Counted from the stretch's first letter, positions 8,375 to 19,198 are shown. The stretch: DNA of 64,000 nt from a bacterium (GCA_036382775.1 DASVHD010000016.1:8323-72322); one strand, 5' to 3'. Notes: generated by a model from the sequence alone, not told the origin. Numbers and translations: made by a program.

Positions 8375-10342
8375 ATGAAACGGTCGGCGATCCTTGTGAT
8401 ATTGACCGGCGTAATAGCCGCTGGTGTGGACATCGCAGAGAATTATTTTGTCAAGGGAGTCGAGTCGTATGACGCGGGAGATATCCAGAAAGCGATCCAG
8501 CAGTACACTTATGCGGTAAAACTCCAGCCCGAAGTCGGCATATACCGTCTGGCATTAGGAACCGCATTCGGGAAAAACAACCAGTATCAGGAAGCCCTTC
8601 CGCACCTAAAAAAAGCGGTGGAATACGATTCCACGCTGACCGACGCATATTACTTAATAGAAGATTATTATGCGAAGACCGGCGGCAGCAGACAAGCATT
8701 TGCTTTTTTTTCGGAGCAGCGCCAGCTGCATCCCGAGCGGGCAGCCATCGCGATAAATCTGGGTCATCTTTATTACCGGAGCGGCGATACCGAGAAGGCG
8801 ATAGCCGAATATAGCACAGCCCAGATACTCGATCCTGGCAACCCCGTTCCTTTTTGCGGTCTGGGCGTGGTAGCTCTGGCCCAGGGACGCGATTCCATCG
8901 CTGAAGGTTTCTTTTTAAGCGCGCTGGAAATGGATTCGACGTATGCGGCAGCCCATCTTTATTACAGCTACGTGCTGGAAAGAAAAGGGATGTTGGAACA
9001 GGCCGCGGTTGAAAAAGAAATCGCTTTCAGGTTAAAACCGGAATTAAAAGACCTCGACTTGAGCGGTATCCTGCCGCTGCGCGGGGAAAAGGCTGATATC
9101 CCGTTCATTGTCAGCACACTGGATATCATTATCGATAAGCTCGTCCGTCCCGAAGAACGACGGGCGCTCATGGCCATGCGCAAGCCGTTCGACCTCAATC
9201 TGGGATTGGGATTTGCAAGCGTTGACAGCGATTCCACGCTCTGGCTGGCCTTGACCTCGGCTCCGGAAATGGATATGAACTGGCTCGGCTTCAAGTTGTC
9301 GCTGGGTTTTTTCTTCAATCAGAACGGCGATATGAGGCAGAAGGAACTGGATTACACCAAGATCTTCCAGAACGTTAGGATCGGGCATCCGAACCTTCCG
9401 GTTCACGCGGGGTTCGGCGTGGTTCGGGACTACACGCTCGGGTACGGCTTGATCGTGCGCAGTTATTTTAACCAGGCTGACGAAAATAACCGCAAGTTGG
9501 GCGGCCTTTTCACGCTGCAGACGCCAACCAATACCATCGGGATACATGGCATGCTCAATGATTTCAAGGACCGGGGCGTTATCGCCGGACATGCTTTCCT
9601 TGGCCGCTGGGCTCCGTACCCGGAAGATGTTTTCCAGCGTTTTGAACTGGGTTGTACCTATGCGCAGGATGCCGATAACGAACTCAAGGTCGTCGGCGGG
9701 GACGCGTTGGTCTACCTGGCTTCAAGCGGGAAGTTCCACTTCCTGTTCGTGACCGAAGGAGCCAAGATCCAGGAACACGGGTTTGGTGATATGTCGGGGC
9801 TGATGCTGCATTTTGGCGGTCTTTCACCGCGTGCCTTTTCTTTTTCGCTGTTCGGCGCGGGATTGTTCCTGGCTGCGGATTTTGTCCCGGCGCCTTTTGA
9901 TGCATTTTATGAAAAGAACCGCAAACAATACGGATCTAACGCGGTCAGCACGATGCTGGCGGATTATCAGAGCGCAGGGACCGGTATGTATACAATGACG
10001 GGGTTGCAGCTGGGACCGGTCATCAAACTGACGGTCGATCTCCAGAGCGTTTCCGGCGTGCCAGAGAGCGGCGTTTTTTCCTGCCGCGGCATTGTCGGCG
10101 ATGATATTCCCTATGTTAAGCTCCAGGGGTTTTTCTACAAATACCAGTTCGATGATATGTCAACTCTGACGACGATGGATGAAAATACGTACGTCGCCGG
10201 TTTGGCTGGTATAAAGCTCGTGGGTGAGCTTTTATCAGTGAATTTTCTTTACGAACGCACATACGCGTGGCAGGAAACATCCGGCTCTTATGAAGTGCAG
10301 GAGAGGATCTCGCCTTTTATCCAGTTCGGGACCAGATTTTAG
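8375..10342 (+). CDS. TPR-repeat protein with large C-terminal domain of unknown function
   Basis: RBS GAAGGAGG before the ATG at 8375; signal-anchor MKRSAILVILTGVIAAG; TPR units. Confidence 0.6.
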   Translation: MKRSAILVILTGVIAAGVDIAENYFVKGVESYDAGDIQKAIQQYTYAVKLQPEVGIYRLALGTAFGKNNQYQEALPHLKKAVEYDSTLTDAYYLIEDYYAKTGGSRQAFAFFSEQRQLHPERAAIAINLGHLYYRSGDTEKAIAEYSTAQILDPGNPVPFCGLGVVALAQGRDSIAEGFFLSALEMDSTYAAAHLYYSYVLERKGMLEQAAVEKEIAFRLKPELKDLDLSGILPLRGEKADIPFIVSTLDIIIDKLVRPEERRALMAMRKPFDLNLGLGFASVDSDSTLWLALTSAPEMDMNWLGFKLSLGFFFNQNGDMRQKELDYTKIFQNVRIGHPNLPVHAGFGVVRDYTLGYGLIVRSYFNQADENNRKLGGLFTLQTPTNTIGIHGMLNDFKDRGVIAGHAFLGRWAPYPEDVFQRFELGCTYAQDADNELKVVGGDALVYLASSGKFHFLFVTEGAKIQEHGFGDMSGLMLHFGGLSPRAFSFSLFGAGLFLAADFVPAPFDAFYEKNRKQYGSNAVSTMLADYQSAGTGMYTMTGLQLGPVIKLTVDLQSVSGVPESGVFSCRGIVGDDIPYVKLQGFFYKYQFDDMSTLTTMDENTYVAGLAGIKLVGELLSVNFLYERTYAWQETSGSYEVQERISPFIQFGTRF

Positions 10343-10379
10343 GTTCAGCAGCAGGCGATCCGTGACAAAACCTTTCAGG

Positions 10380-11537
10380 ATGGGCATTACGTTCATCGTG
10401 CTGGCGCTTGGATTGTCGGCGCAGAATGTACGTCTGCCAAACCTGATTCCCTACCGGAAAGACACTTTATGGGGATACTGCGACAGCAATAAGACGCTCA
10501 TTATCCAGCCGCAGTATGACCAGGCTTTCTTGTTTACGGAAGGCCGAGCCCTGGTAGTGCTCGATGGAAAATTCGGATTTATCGACACCCTCGGCAATAT
10601 TGCAGTGCCGTTCATCTATGATAATGCCGGGATATTTAAGGACCGCGCAGCGAAAGTTTGCTTTCAGGGATACTGGGGATTTGTTGACCGGTACGGCAAG
10701 GAATTCCAACCGGCGATATATGATGATGTTGGTGAATTCAGCGACGGTATGGCCGCGGTCAATTACCGCGGAAAGTGGGGTGTAATAGACCGCGCCACCA
10801 GGACGATACTGCCAGTGAAATATGAAGGGGTAAGCAACTTCTACGGTGGATTTGCCCTGGTGCTGCTTGGCGATAAGTACGGTTTCGCCGACGACCAGGG
10901 TCACGAAATCAGTCCGCCTATCTATGATGATGCAGCTGGATTTTTTAGTGATGGTCTGGTCTGGGTGCGGAGCGATAAGAAATTCGGTTTTGTCGATACC
11001 GCGGGGAAAATGGTCATACCTTTAAAGTATGACGGAGCTGGGTCGTTCAGTGAAAATCTTGCGGCCGTGAAAATAAAAAACAAGTGGGGTTATATTGATG
11101 GCCACGGCCGGTTTGTTATCAAGCCAAAGTACGATCAGGCGGCGTGTTTCAGTCAGGGATTAGCGGCCGTAAGGAATAATGGTAAATACGGCTATATTAA
11201 CACGAAGGGAAAGATTAAGATCCCGTTTCGGTATGATCATGCCGGCGATTTTGCATGGGGTCTTGCGGTGGCGGGAGTAGACAGCGGAGTTGGGATTATC
11301 GATAAAAAAGGAAAGGTGATTATACCACTGACCTATACGTCGGCTTATATCATGGGCGATGGGCTCTTCAGGATTGAAATGGATGGTAAGTACGGGTTGG
11401 TCAATGCGACGGGTGGAATAGTGGCATCAATAAAATATGACGATATCTTAACGACGTACCAGGGCTTAATCCCGGTGCTCTACCACGGGGAGCGGGGGTT
11501 TATCGATTGCCGGGGCCGGGAATATTTTGAAGATTGA
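10380..11537 (+). CDS. WG-repeat (KWG) protein, secreted
   Basis: Repeated ~35-aa units with KFGFIDTxGKxVIPxKYDxA; signal peptide. Confidence 0.7.
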   Translation: MGITFIVLALGLSAQNVRLPNLIPYRKDTLWGYCDSNKTLIIQPQYDQAFLFTEGRALVVLDGKFGFIDTLGNIAVPFIYDNAGIFKDRAAKVCFQGYWGFVDRYGKEFQPAIYDDVGEFSDGMAAVNYRGKWGVIDRATRTILPVKYEGVSNFYGGFALVLLGDKYGFADDQGHEISPPIYDDAAGFFSDGLVWVRSDKKFGFVDTAGKMVIPLKYDGAGSFSENLAAVKIKNKWGYIDGHGRFVIKPKYDQAACFSQGLAAVRNNGKYGYINTKGKIKIPFRYDHAGDFAWGLAVAGVDSGVGIIDKKGKVIIPLTYTSAYIMGDGLFRIEMDGKYGLVNATGGIVASIKYDDILTTYQGLIPVLYHGERGFIDCRGREYFED

Positions 11538-11567
11538 CCAGTGGGTATTTGAGTTAAGGGGGAACAT

Positions 11568-14500
11568 ATGACCAGATGTCGCATTCCTTCGAAGAGATCG
11601 CGGAGATATTGGATGTTAATGATCGCGGCCTTGTGCATTATCCCCGTGCTTTCATTTGCCGGACCGGATGAACCTTATTTGATAACGGGTCGGGTTCTTG
11701 CGGTCTCGGAAGACGGGCGCCAGGTCGTGATAAACAAGGGCGCGAATGACCGTGTCCTGAAGGATTCTTTATGCGCTTTCCGGCCTAACCGGGGGTATGA
11801 TCAGGGTGATGTAGAATGGGATATCCTGCTGGCGAGCGGGGAGATCACCTTCATCGGACCGGATACGGCGGTGATCGAGCTTACCGACGTCCGCGACAGT
11901 GTCCTGGTCAATGATTGCTGCGAGCTATTTGTCCGGGTTCCGTCATTTGTCCTCGACAGCGATCTGGGAAAGATCGCGATATGGGATATTGCTTTCGTGG
12001 ATTACGACAATTCGCTCCCCTTTTTCACTCTGGGCGGTATCATCAGCGATCCCCATCCAACTTACACTGACAGCATTGTCAACCGGATGGCCGAAGAGAT
12101 AAGATCTCATCCTGATGCCGTTGATTACGGCGGCGACAAAGTTCAGGGCGGGATATTCAACGGCATGACCGTCCGGGAAGCCATGCTTAAAACGACCGCC
12201 GAGCATGTCAAGCTCTACCTTGAATACGTACGGTATTATCCGGGGCGTTATATAAATTTTGACTGGTATCTTACCAATACCTACCCGTGGTGGGTCTTTC
12301 TGGGCACCAAAACCGCCGAGCGTGACCGTAAATTGAAAGTCATCGGGCCCCTGCTCGACAGCGCCTATTACGCGACCCAGCGCAGTGATTTCCATGCGGC
12401 GATCGGCTACTACAAAAGGGTTCTCGGCCAGGTGCCGGACCATGCAGACGCGGTTAAATCCATGAAACTGCTCAACACGATACTCCAGGACCGCAAGATC
12501 GTCGAGAACGACCCGAGTGATGTCACCACCTGTTTCGCATTGGGCAAGGCTTATTATGACATAGACCTGTTTGACAGCGCGCTGGTCTATTTTCGCAGGG
12601 CACGCAACCTTGGTTATGACAGTCTTGATATCGATAGGAACGTCGGTTATGTGCTGGTTTCACAGCGCGCTTACAAAGACGCGCGAAAGATCTTTGAGAA
12701 GCTGAACAAAGTCATGCCCAGGGATGAGAACATCCTGAAATGGCTCAATTATTCGAACGCGCGCGAAAAACAGTCCAGATCGGCATCCACCCTGGAGTCG
12801 TACATCATGACCGGTGATATAAAGTATGCCGAGGACAATTATGATGACGCGATCTCCGAGTATAAGAAGGCACTGGCGATCCAGCCCCATTCAGACCGCG
12901 TCCAGGATCTGATCGAGAAGGCAGCAAAACGGCGGAAAGCGCAGGAGCGGCAGACCTGGGCTGCGGACTACTGGGAAAAGGGCAAATTTGAGGAGGCCAA
13001 GGGTTTCTGGCAGGAAGCATTCGGTCTGTGCGAGGAGATCGGCGATACCTCTGCCATGGAGACCGTCTTTGATGAAATGGCAGACGCGATGTACGATGGG
13101 ATGTTCTACGATGACGCGATCGGCGTCTACGAGCGCATACTGGAAATAAATTCTGGATCCTACGATTCCTATATCAGCCTCAGCAACTGCTACAAGGCCA
13201 AAAAGGACTATGAAACTGCTGTTTCCTGGGCGGAAAAAGGGATCACGGTAGATCCCCAGGACGCGTGGGCATATAATATCCTTGGTTTGATCTACAAACA
13301 GACAAAAAAGTACGACCAGGCGATCGAATATTTTCTCAAGGCCAGCGAAATGGACGAGGAATACAAATATCCCAATTACAACGCCGCGCTCGTATATGTT
13401 GCGGGACAGGAATATGAAAAGGCCCGTATCTACCTTCACAAGGCCCTCGAGATCGACATCGAATACTCCGATGCCCGATACGACCTCGTCGCCCTGGAAT
13501 GCCTGCTGGAAACATCACAAAAGGTTTCATCGGACCCGGATGATGCCGACACCCGTTTGAGGTACGGACGGGCGCTGTACAACCTGGAGGATTACAGCCG
13601 TGCGATCACGGAATTGAATACCGTGATCGCGAAAAGGGGAGATGATGCGGTGGCCTGGGCGTATCTGGGTTTTGCTTATAATGAATCCGGCCAGCTGGAT
13701 AAAGCACGGGACTGTTTTGAACGTTCGTATAAGCTTCATCCATATCCGAACATCAAGGCATGGATATTCCACAACGAAGGTACCAGCGCCCTGGAGAATG
13801 ATCCTTATGATCCGGCCGCCTACCTGAAACTGGCGGACAGCGATCTTTACTGGGAATATTTCGATGAGGCGCTGTCCGATTGCGAGCTGGCGCTGCAGAT
13901 GGGTGCCGATACGCAGGTAGTGTACGAGAAGTCAGCGATCGCCCGTACCGGTCTGCAGGGGAACGAGCTGTACAGCACGGCCAGCGATTACTATGACCGC
14001 GCCGAGTATGATAAAGCGATCGAGTACGCGGACAGTGCCTGCAAGGTCTACGAGAGCATCGGGGATATATTCGGCGAAATGTGGGCGCTATTGAAACTGG
14101 GCTGGTCGCATGCCAATCTTTTCGAACACGACAGGGCGCTGGAGTACTACGACCGTGCCGGAAAGGTCGCTGAGCTGATCTTCGACCGGGCTAACAAGGG
14201 CAATTACCTATCGGCGGTCGGCGATTATCACTGGAACATGGGTGATTACAATAAAGCGCTCGAGTACAAGAAAGAAGCGCGCGATATCTTCCACCGCAAC
14301 AATGATCTCACCAACGAGGCCAATGTCCTGATCAGCATAGGTTCGCTCACCGGCGGCGGCGGTGAGTTCGACCAGATGATCGAGTATTACACCAAGGCGC
14401 TCGATATCCACGTAAAGACAATGAATTACACAGGTGAGAGTTATGCCCTGGGCACCTTGGGTTGGGCGTACCAGGATGACGGCGATTTCGCCAATGCATT

Positions 14501-16595
14501 GGAATACCAGAAAAAAGCTCTCAAGATCGCGCAAAAATATAACGATAAATGGCGGGAGATGAGCGCCTACAGCGGTATCGGGAACATCTACGAGGACCTA
14601 GGTGACACTTTGAACGCGATCCGTTACCTCCATTATTACCTCGATGCCGCGACCGCGATCGGCAGCAGGACCGACCGCGCGAATGCCCTGAACACGATCG
14701 GCCTGGTCTATCTCGAGATCGTCAAGGATTACGAAAAGGCTTACGATTTCTTTGTCCGTTCCAGGGATCTGTCGAAGGCCACCGGTTATATCCTGGGCGA
14801 AGGGGTGGCGATCGCCAATATCGGCGTGACCTTTTCCCGGAGAAAGATGTACACTGAAGCCATGCCCTTTCACGAGCAGAGCCTCGAGATCGTCAGGAGT
14901 AAGAACGCATCCTATCAGGAAATGCAGGGGCTGAACGAGTACGGGGAGACCTACCTGGGGCTGAAGGACTATGACAAGGCTCTGGAGTGCTTCAAGCGGT
15001 CGATCGCCCTGGCGGACACGATCGGCGTAAGGCGGGAAAAATGGAAGTATGAGCTAAATGCCGGCATCGCCCACGAAGCAAGGGGTGACCTGGAAGCCGC
15101 GGTCGAGATGTACAAGGACGCGGCCGCGACCCTGACCAATATCAAGAACAAGATCAAGAGCGAGCAGTTGAAAAAGGGTTTTTCTGAACTGGACAAGCAG
15201 ATCGACGTGTATAAACGGCTGGTCGACATCCTGATACGAGCCGGCAAGCCGGACGAAGCCTTGAAATACATCGAAGAGAGTAAATCAAAGATCATCAAGG
15301 ATGCTTTTGGCGATATCAAACCCAAAGCTGAAGATTCCAACCTTCAAGAAACCCTTGCCAACGTCGACAAGATGGAAAAGCAGAAGGAGACGCTGGAACA
15401 AAAGTTGGTCGAGGAACGGCAAAAACCGGCGAATGAACAGGACCAGACCAAGATCCGGATCTTGAGCAGCACCCTGGCCACGACCGAAGGCGAGTTCAAT
15501 CAATGGATGCTGAAACTGAAATTCCAGAACCGGAAGATGTATGATGCACTGACTATCAATCCCACGACCCTGGGCGATGTCCAGAAGGATATACCGGCAA
15601 ACACGATCCTGCTCGAGTATTTTATATCGTCCGACAAGCTCTATATTTTCGGCATCGGTCGAGAACAGTTCATCGCCAAGTCGGTCGATGTCACGGAGCC
15701 GGACATCAACGCGACCGTTGATTTTTATCTAGGCCTGCTGCGCGATCCGCAGTCCGGTATGGACGAGGATCTGAAGGCCGCGTCCCACAAGCTGTACGGA
15801 TACTTGATCAAGCCGATCGAGCCGGAAGTCAGCGTTTTTGAAAATATCGTGGTCGTGCCCTACGGGATCCTGTACTATCTTCCATTCCACGCGCTGCGGC
15901 GGGACGATGATCAGTACGTCATTCAGTGGAAGCGGTTGTCATACACGACATCGGCGACGTTTGCCGATCTGCTGAAACAGGAACGAGGGGAAATGAATAG
16001 CCTGCTGGCGATCGGCAATCCCGATGGCAGTCTGCCGGGCGCTGCCGATGAAGTGAAAGAGGTCAAGGATGAGGTTTTCAAACAGGACGCGATCATCTGG
16101 ACGCTGTCCGAGGCGACGAAGAAAAAATTTCTGGAACAGGCAAAAAACTACAATATCGTGCACCTGGCGACGCACGGTTTTATCCAGAACAATCCTCTTG
16201 AATCATACCTGCTATTCGCCGGCGATAACTCGGAAGAACAGCGGCTGACCCTGCTGGAAGTTGCCGGTTACACTTCTTTAAGAGAAAGGACCGATCTGGT
16301 CTTTTTATCCGCCTGCCAAACGGCCATGGAAAAAGGCGCCACCAGCGGATCCGAGCTTATTTCCCTGGCCGAGGCGTTCGCGATGGCCGGACCGCCAACG
16401 CTTATCGCCACGCTCTGGCAGGTCAGCGATGTTTCAACCAGCCGGCTCGTGATATCGTTCTACACCAGGCTTAAAAGAAAAAAAGATGATAAATTAGGCG
16501 CGCTGCGGGACGCGCAGCTGGAGCTCCTGGCGACGCCGGAATATGCCCATCCATTTTACTGGGCGCCGTTCATCCTGATCGGAAACTGGAGATAA
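11568..16595 (+). CDS. giant TPR-repeat protein (1675 aa) with C-terminal CHAT domain
   Basis: RBS AAGGGGGAA; dozens of TPR units; C-terminal HLATHGF...LSACQTA. Confidence 0.8.
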   Translation: MTRCRIPSKRSRRYWMLMIAALCIIPVLSFAGPDEPYLITGRVLAVSEDGRQVVINKGANDRVLKDSLCAFRPNRGYDQGDVEWDILLASGEITFIGPDTAVIELTDVRDSVLVNDCCELFVRVPSFVLDSDLGKIAIWDIAFVDYDNSLPFFTLGGIISDPHPTYTDSIVNRMAEEIRSHPDAVDYGGDKVQGGIFNGMTVREAMLKTTAEHVKLYLEYVRYYPGRYINFDWYLTNTYPWWVFLGTKTAERDRKLKVIGPLLDSAYYATQRSDFHAAIGYYKRVLGQVPDHADAVKSMKLLNTILQDRKIVENDPSDVTTCFALGKAYYDIDLFDSALVYFRRARNLGYDSLDIDRNVGYVLVSQRAYKDARKIFEKLNKVMPRDENILKWLNYSNAREKQSRSASTLESYIMTGDIKYAEDNYDDAISEYKKALAIQPHSDRVQDLIEKAAKRRKAQERQTWAADYWEKGKFEEAKGFWQEAFGLCEEIGDTSAMETVFDEMADAMYDGMFYDDAIGVYERILEINSGSYDSYISLSNCYKAKKDYETAVSWAEKGITVDPQDAWAYNILGLIYKQTKKYDQAIEYFLKASEMDEEYKYPNYNAALVYVAGQEYEKARIYLHKALEIDIEYSDARYDLVALECLLETSQKVSSDPDDADTRLRYGRALYNLEDYSRAITELNTVIAKRGDDAVAWAYLGFAYNESGQLDKARDCFERSYKLHPYPNIKAWIFHNEGTSALENDPYDPAAYLKLADSDLYWEYFDEALSDCELALQMGADTQVVYEKSAIARTGLQGNELYSTASDYYDRAEYDKAIEYADSACKVYESIGDIFGEMWALLKLGWSHANLFEHDRALEYYDRAGKVAELIFDRANKGNYLSAVGDYHWNMGDYNKALEYKKEARDIFHRNNDLTNEANVLISIGSLTGGGGEFDQMIEYYTKALDIHVKTMNYTGESYALGTLGWAYQDDGDFANALEYQKKALKIAQKYNDKWREMSAYSGIGNIYEDLGDTLNAIRYLHYYLDAATAIGSRTDRANALNTIGLVYLEIVKDYEKAYDFFVRSRDLSKATGYILGEGVAIANIGVTFSRRKMYTEAMPFHEQSLEIVRSKNASYQEMQGLNEYGETYLGLKDYDKALECFKRSIALADTIGVRREKWKYELNAGIAHEARGDLEAAVEMYKDAAATLTNIKNKIKSEQLKKGFSELDKQIDVYKRLVDILIRAGKPDEALKYIEESKSKIIKDAFGDIKPKAEDSNLQETLANVDKMEKQKETLEQKLVEERQKPANEQDQTKIRILSSTLATTEGEFNQWMLKLKFQNRKMYDALTINPTTLGDVQKDIPANTILLEYFISSDKLYIFGIGREQFIAKSVDVTEPDINATVDFYLGLLRDPQSGMDEDLKAASHKLYGYLIKPIEPEVSVFENIVVVPYGILYYLPFHALRRDDDQYVIQWKRLSYTTSATFADLLKQERGEMNSLLAIGNPDGSLPGAADEVKEVKDEVFKQDAIIWTLSEATKKKFLEQAKNYNIVHLATHGFIQNNPLESYLLFAGDNSEEQRLTLLEVAGYTSLRERTDLVFLSACQTAMEKGATSGSELISLAEAFAMAGPPTLIATLWQVSDVSTSRLVISFYTRLKRKKDDKLGALRDAQLELLATPEYAHPFYWAPFILIGNWR

Positions 16596-16843
16596 ACAAT
16601 GAAGAGATGCAGAGAAGCAGGGGAGAAAATAGATGGGATGAAGGGATGCAAGAACCGCGAACCGTCAATCCTAAACCGTAAACCGTGGAAAAAGAGATGT
16701 AGGGCAAGGTCATGATCCCGCGACGCGAGGCTTTAGCCTTGCAAAAAAGGAGTTAACTCGTAAGAGTTTTAAATAAAAGCCTTACGGCTTAATTCCTGGC
16801 AATGCATCGAAGGCTCCCTTAAAAGGGTAAAGGGTGATAAGAA

Positions 16844-16874
16844 CCCGCTGGATGCATTTGATGCATCCAGCGGG
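16844..16874. terminator. perfect 14-bp-stem hairpin cccgctggatgcat-ttg-atgcatccagcggg
   Basis: Inverted repeat read directly; lies ~30 nt 3' of the minus-strand gene 16903-17529. Confidence 0.4.
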
Positions 16875-16902
16875 GTAGGAAGGAGGGAGGAACAAAGAAG
16901 AA

Positions 16903-17529
16903 TCAAAAGTGACCGAATTTGAAGGTCAGCGCACCACTGGGCCCGCTCATGTCCTGATCAGAAAGACCGGCGAGACTAATGCCCTGGATCAGCCGGTACG
17001 TACCGCCAAAACCGATCCGGAAGTGGTGACTGACATTCAATTCCAGGTCAGCACCGGGTTCGAACACGAAAAAGGCATCGTCATCCCAGTAATCATAGTA
17101 GGGCGTCCGGTATTGGGCGCCGCCACCGCCGATAAGGGCATTCATCGACAGATGCACTAGTTTGTGCGAACCCAGGACAAACTCAAAGAAAACGCCGCCA
17201 TAACCAAAATCAAGAAGGAGGTCAGGCGACGGATAAATAGGCGGAGCCTCGATCTCATTTACCAGGCCATAACCGCCTCCGCCGATGACAAACATATGAT
17301 TGAACATCAGGCCGCCCTTGCCGCCGACTAAACAGGCAAAATCATCGTTCAGTTCGCTGAACATGATAATAGGGCCGCCATAAAGACCGATTGATAAGGG
17401 ACTATGAAGCAGGGTCTCATCGTCTGATTCTTTGGGAACACACTCTATAGCATTATGGATCTCGCCAATGGGGAACGGAAATGGGCACCACATTTGCCCG
17501 ATCAAGAAAGCAATGCAAAGACCTGTCAT
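16903..17529 (-). CDS. small secreted Gly-rich hypothetical protein
   Basis: RBS GGAGGAAAA before the ATG; hydrophobic N-terminus. Confidence 0.5.
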   Translation of the reverse strand: MTGLCIAFLIGQMWCPFPFPIGEIHNAIECVPKESDDETLLHSPLSIGLYGGPIIMFSELNDDFACLVGGKGGLMFNHMFVIGGGGYGLVNEIEAPPIYPSPDLLLDFGYGGVFFEFVLGSHKLVHLSMNALIGGGGAQYRTPYYDYWDDDAFFVFEPGADLELNVSHHFRIGFGGTYRLIQGISLAGLSDQDMSGPSGALTFKFGHF

Positions 17530-17664
17530 TTTTCCTCCTTGTTTCCTTTTGACTTGTATGATCTCATACCATTATATTATGCAAAGACCGTGCCAGGGAA
17601 AAGTATCGTGAAACAATGACTTTGTACTTATATATGCAGCAAAATGTGGTGGTCTTGCACAAAA

Positions 17665-17681
17665 AAAGTGCCCAGCACTTT
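17665..17681. promoter_or_regulatory. palindrome AAAGTGC-CCA-GCACTTT (second copy at 37908-37924)
   Basis: 7-bp perfect inverted arms; identical 17-mer at both island borders; half-site also at ~37998-38008. Confidence 0.45.
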
Positions 17682-17952
17682 CTGAATGTATTTTGCCGTT
17701 ATAATAAATGTTGCATATTATTGAAGCTGGACCGCTGCTACTAGTCAGACACCCCTATATTCTTTATATGTTTTGATTTTACGAACATATAGCGGACAGG
17801 CCGGTTATGGTTGGTTTTGATGCACTATCTTACGTGATTTCAAGATGTTACTAAAAATGAACTGCGAGTGAGTGATTTTTTGTGTTATTTTGGTCGGTTT
17901 TAAGCCTAAAACACCATGAAATATCGTGAGATTCAGGCGCGCTGACAAGTCT

Positions 17953-18023
17953 ATTCCGGATTCCCCGTTTTTTTTATAATCATAGAAACATATAAGGAAA
18001 CGGGACTATAGTGTACCATGTTG
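17953..18023. repeat. ~70-bp direct repeat, left copy (attccccgtttt...gggactatagtgtaccatgttg); candidate island boundary
   Basis: Matches 37166-37226 (attccccgcttt...gcgggactatagtgtgccatgttg). Confidence 0.55.
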
Positions 18024-18229
18024 TCTGAAACACAACTAGCTATAACATCCTTGAGAATTGGAAAAATAAGGGAAATTAGTACTGGAAATAATTTTTTAAT
18101 CCAGGCGACAATATTGTCGAACAGATGACTTGAGTGCCGTAAGAAACTTATTGCAACAAGTATCCTCTGTCAACGCAATTCGTGACTACTCCAAATGATG
18201 TCCCTCATCGACCGAATTAAAAAACATAT

Positions 18230-18679
18230 CTAAGGCCATCTGTAATACTGTGCTTTTTTATGAGGGCACAATTCTTCAAATATTATATAATCATCTTTCT
18301 TGGTATAAAATACCCGCCAAGAAACCGATATGTAGAAATGCCATAGACCGGGACTTTCCTTGATCGGCGCATCACGCAAACCGCTGCAGGGTATCCGGTG
18401 TACTATTTTCATCATAGAATCTATCAATTTAAATCTCAAGGTTTTTGTTGTGCAGTATCTGTTTACTGATTTAATGAATCCTTCGCTAAACCCAAATTTA
18501 ACGGGCTCCCTTATAGTGTGATTGTACTGCTTCATTTCCGGACTGGTCTTATAATGCAATTCCATACACAGTTTCAAATCCGGCCATTTGTCGAGCACGT
18601 TGACAGTGGCCTCATCGGTATCGTCCCATCGAATTTTCTTATGACGCTGGTACAATAAGATCTTTACATTTCTTTTCAT
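18230..18679 (-). CDS. hypothetical protein in AT-rich segment; weak RelE/HigB-like C-terminus
   Basis: C-terminal ...WRVFYTKKDDYIIFEELCPH resembles RelE-superfamily ends; no partner ORF seen. Confidence 0.35.
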   Translation of the reverse strand: MKRNVKILLYQRHKKIRWDDTDEATVNVLDKWPDLKLCMELHYKTSPEMKQYNHTIREPVKFGFSEGFIKSVNRYCTTKTLRFKLIDSMMKIVHRIPCSGLRDAPIKESPGLWHFYISVSWRVFYTKKDDYIIFEELCPHKKAQYYRWP

Positions 18680-18751
18680 GATGCTTTTCGGTTATTAAAC
18701 ATTATTACTCGGTGTTAACGCGTAACGATAAAATCAACACGAAGGAGATAA

Positions 18752-19198
18752 TCAATCATACGCGCGGCGGGTTATTTCATCGGTCACGATCGGTTGAATC
18801 AAAGCCTCCCATTCCGGAGAATCCCAGGTTTTAAGTGCAGTATGCATAATGTAATATTTTTGAGGAATCGGGTGAGTTCCAACGACAACTTCAATTCCGT
18901 ATTTATTCTTGATGAAATCGCGCAATTGGGTGATGTACGGGCACGGCGGGTAACCAACAACCATGCCCGTCGCGAAATGGATGACGCTGGCTCCGTTTTT
19001 CTTCATTTCTTCAGGCGCGTATTCAATATTGCCTCCGGGGCAACCATTGCAGGTCGCGTACCCCACGATTTCTAAATTCTGCTTCTGGTACCGGCCGAAA
19101 GCACCCTCTCTGTTTCTGGCGGCACGAAAGCATTTTCCTCCGGCGCAGGTTCGATAACGGTCACAAATTATTATGCCGATCTTCACTTTTTCTTTCAT
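18752..19198 (-). CDS. CGGC-domain protein
   Basis: KIGIIICDRYRTCAGGKCF...GYATCNGCPGG...VIHFATGM...PCPY matches the CGGC family pattern; RBS AAGGAG before the ATG at 19198. Confidence 0.6.
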   Translation of the reverse strand: MKEKVKIGIIICDRYRTCAGGKCFRAARNREGAFGRYQKQNLEIVGYATCNGCPGGNIEYAPEEMKKNGASVIHFATGMVVGYPPCPYITQLRDFIKNKYGIEVVVGTHPIPQKYYIMHTALKTWDSPEWEALIQPIVTDEITRRAYD

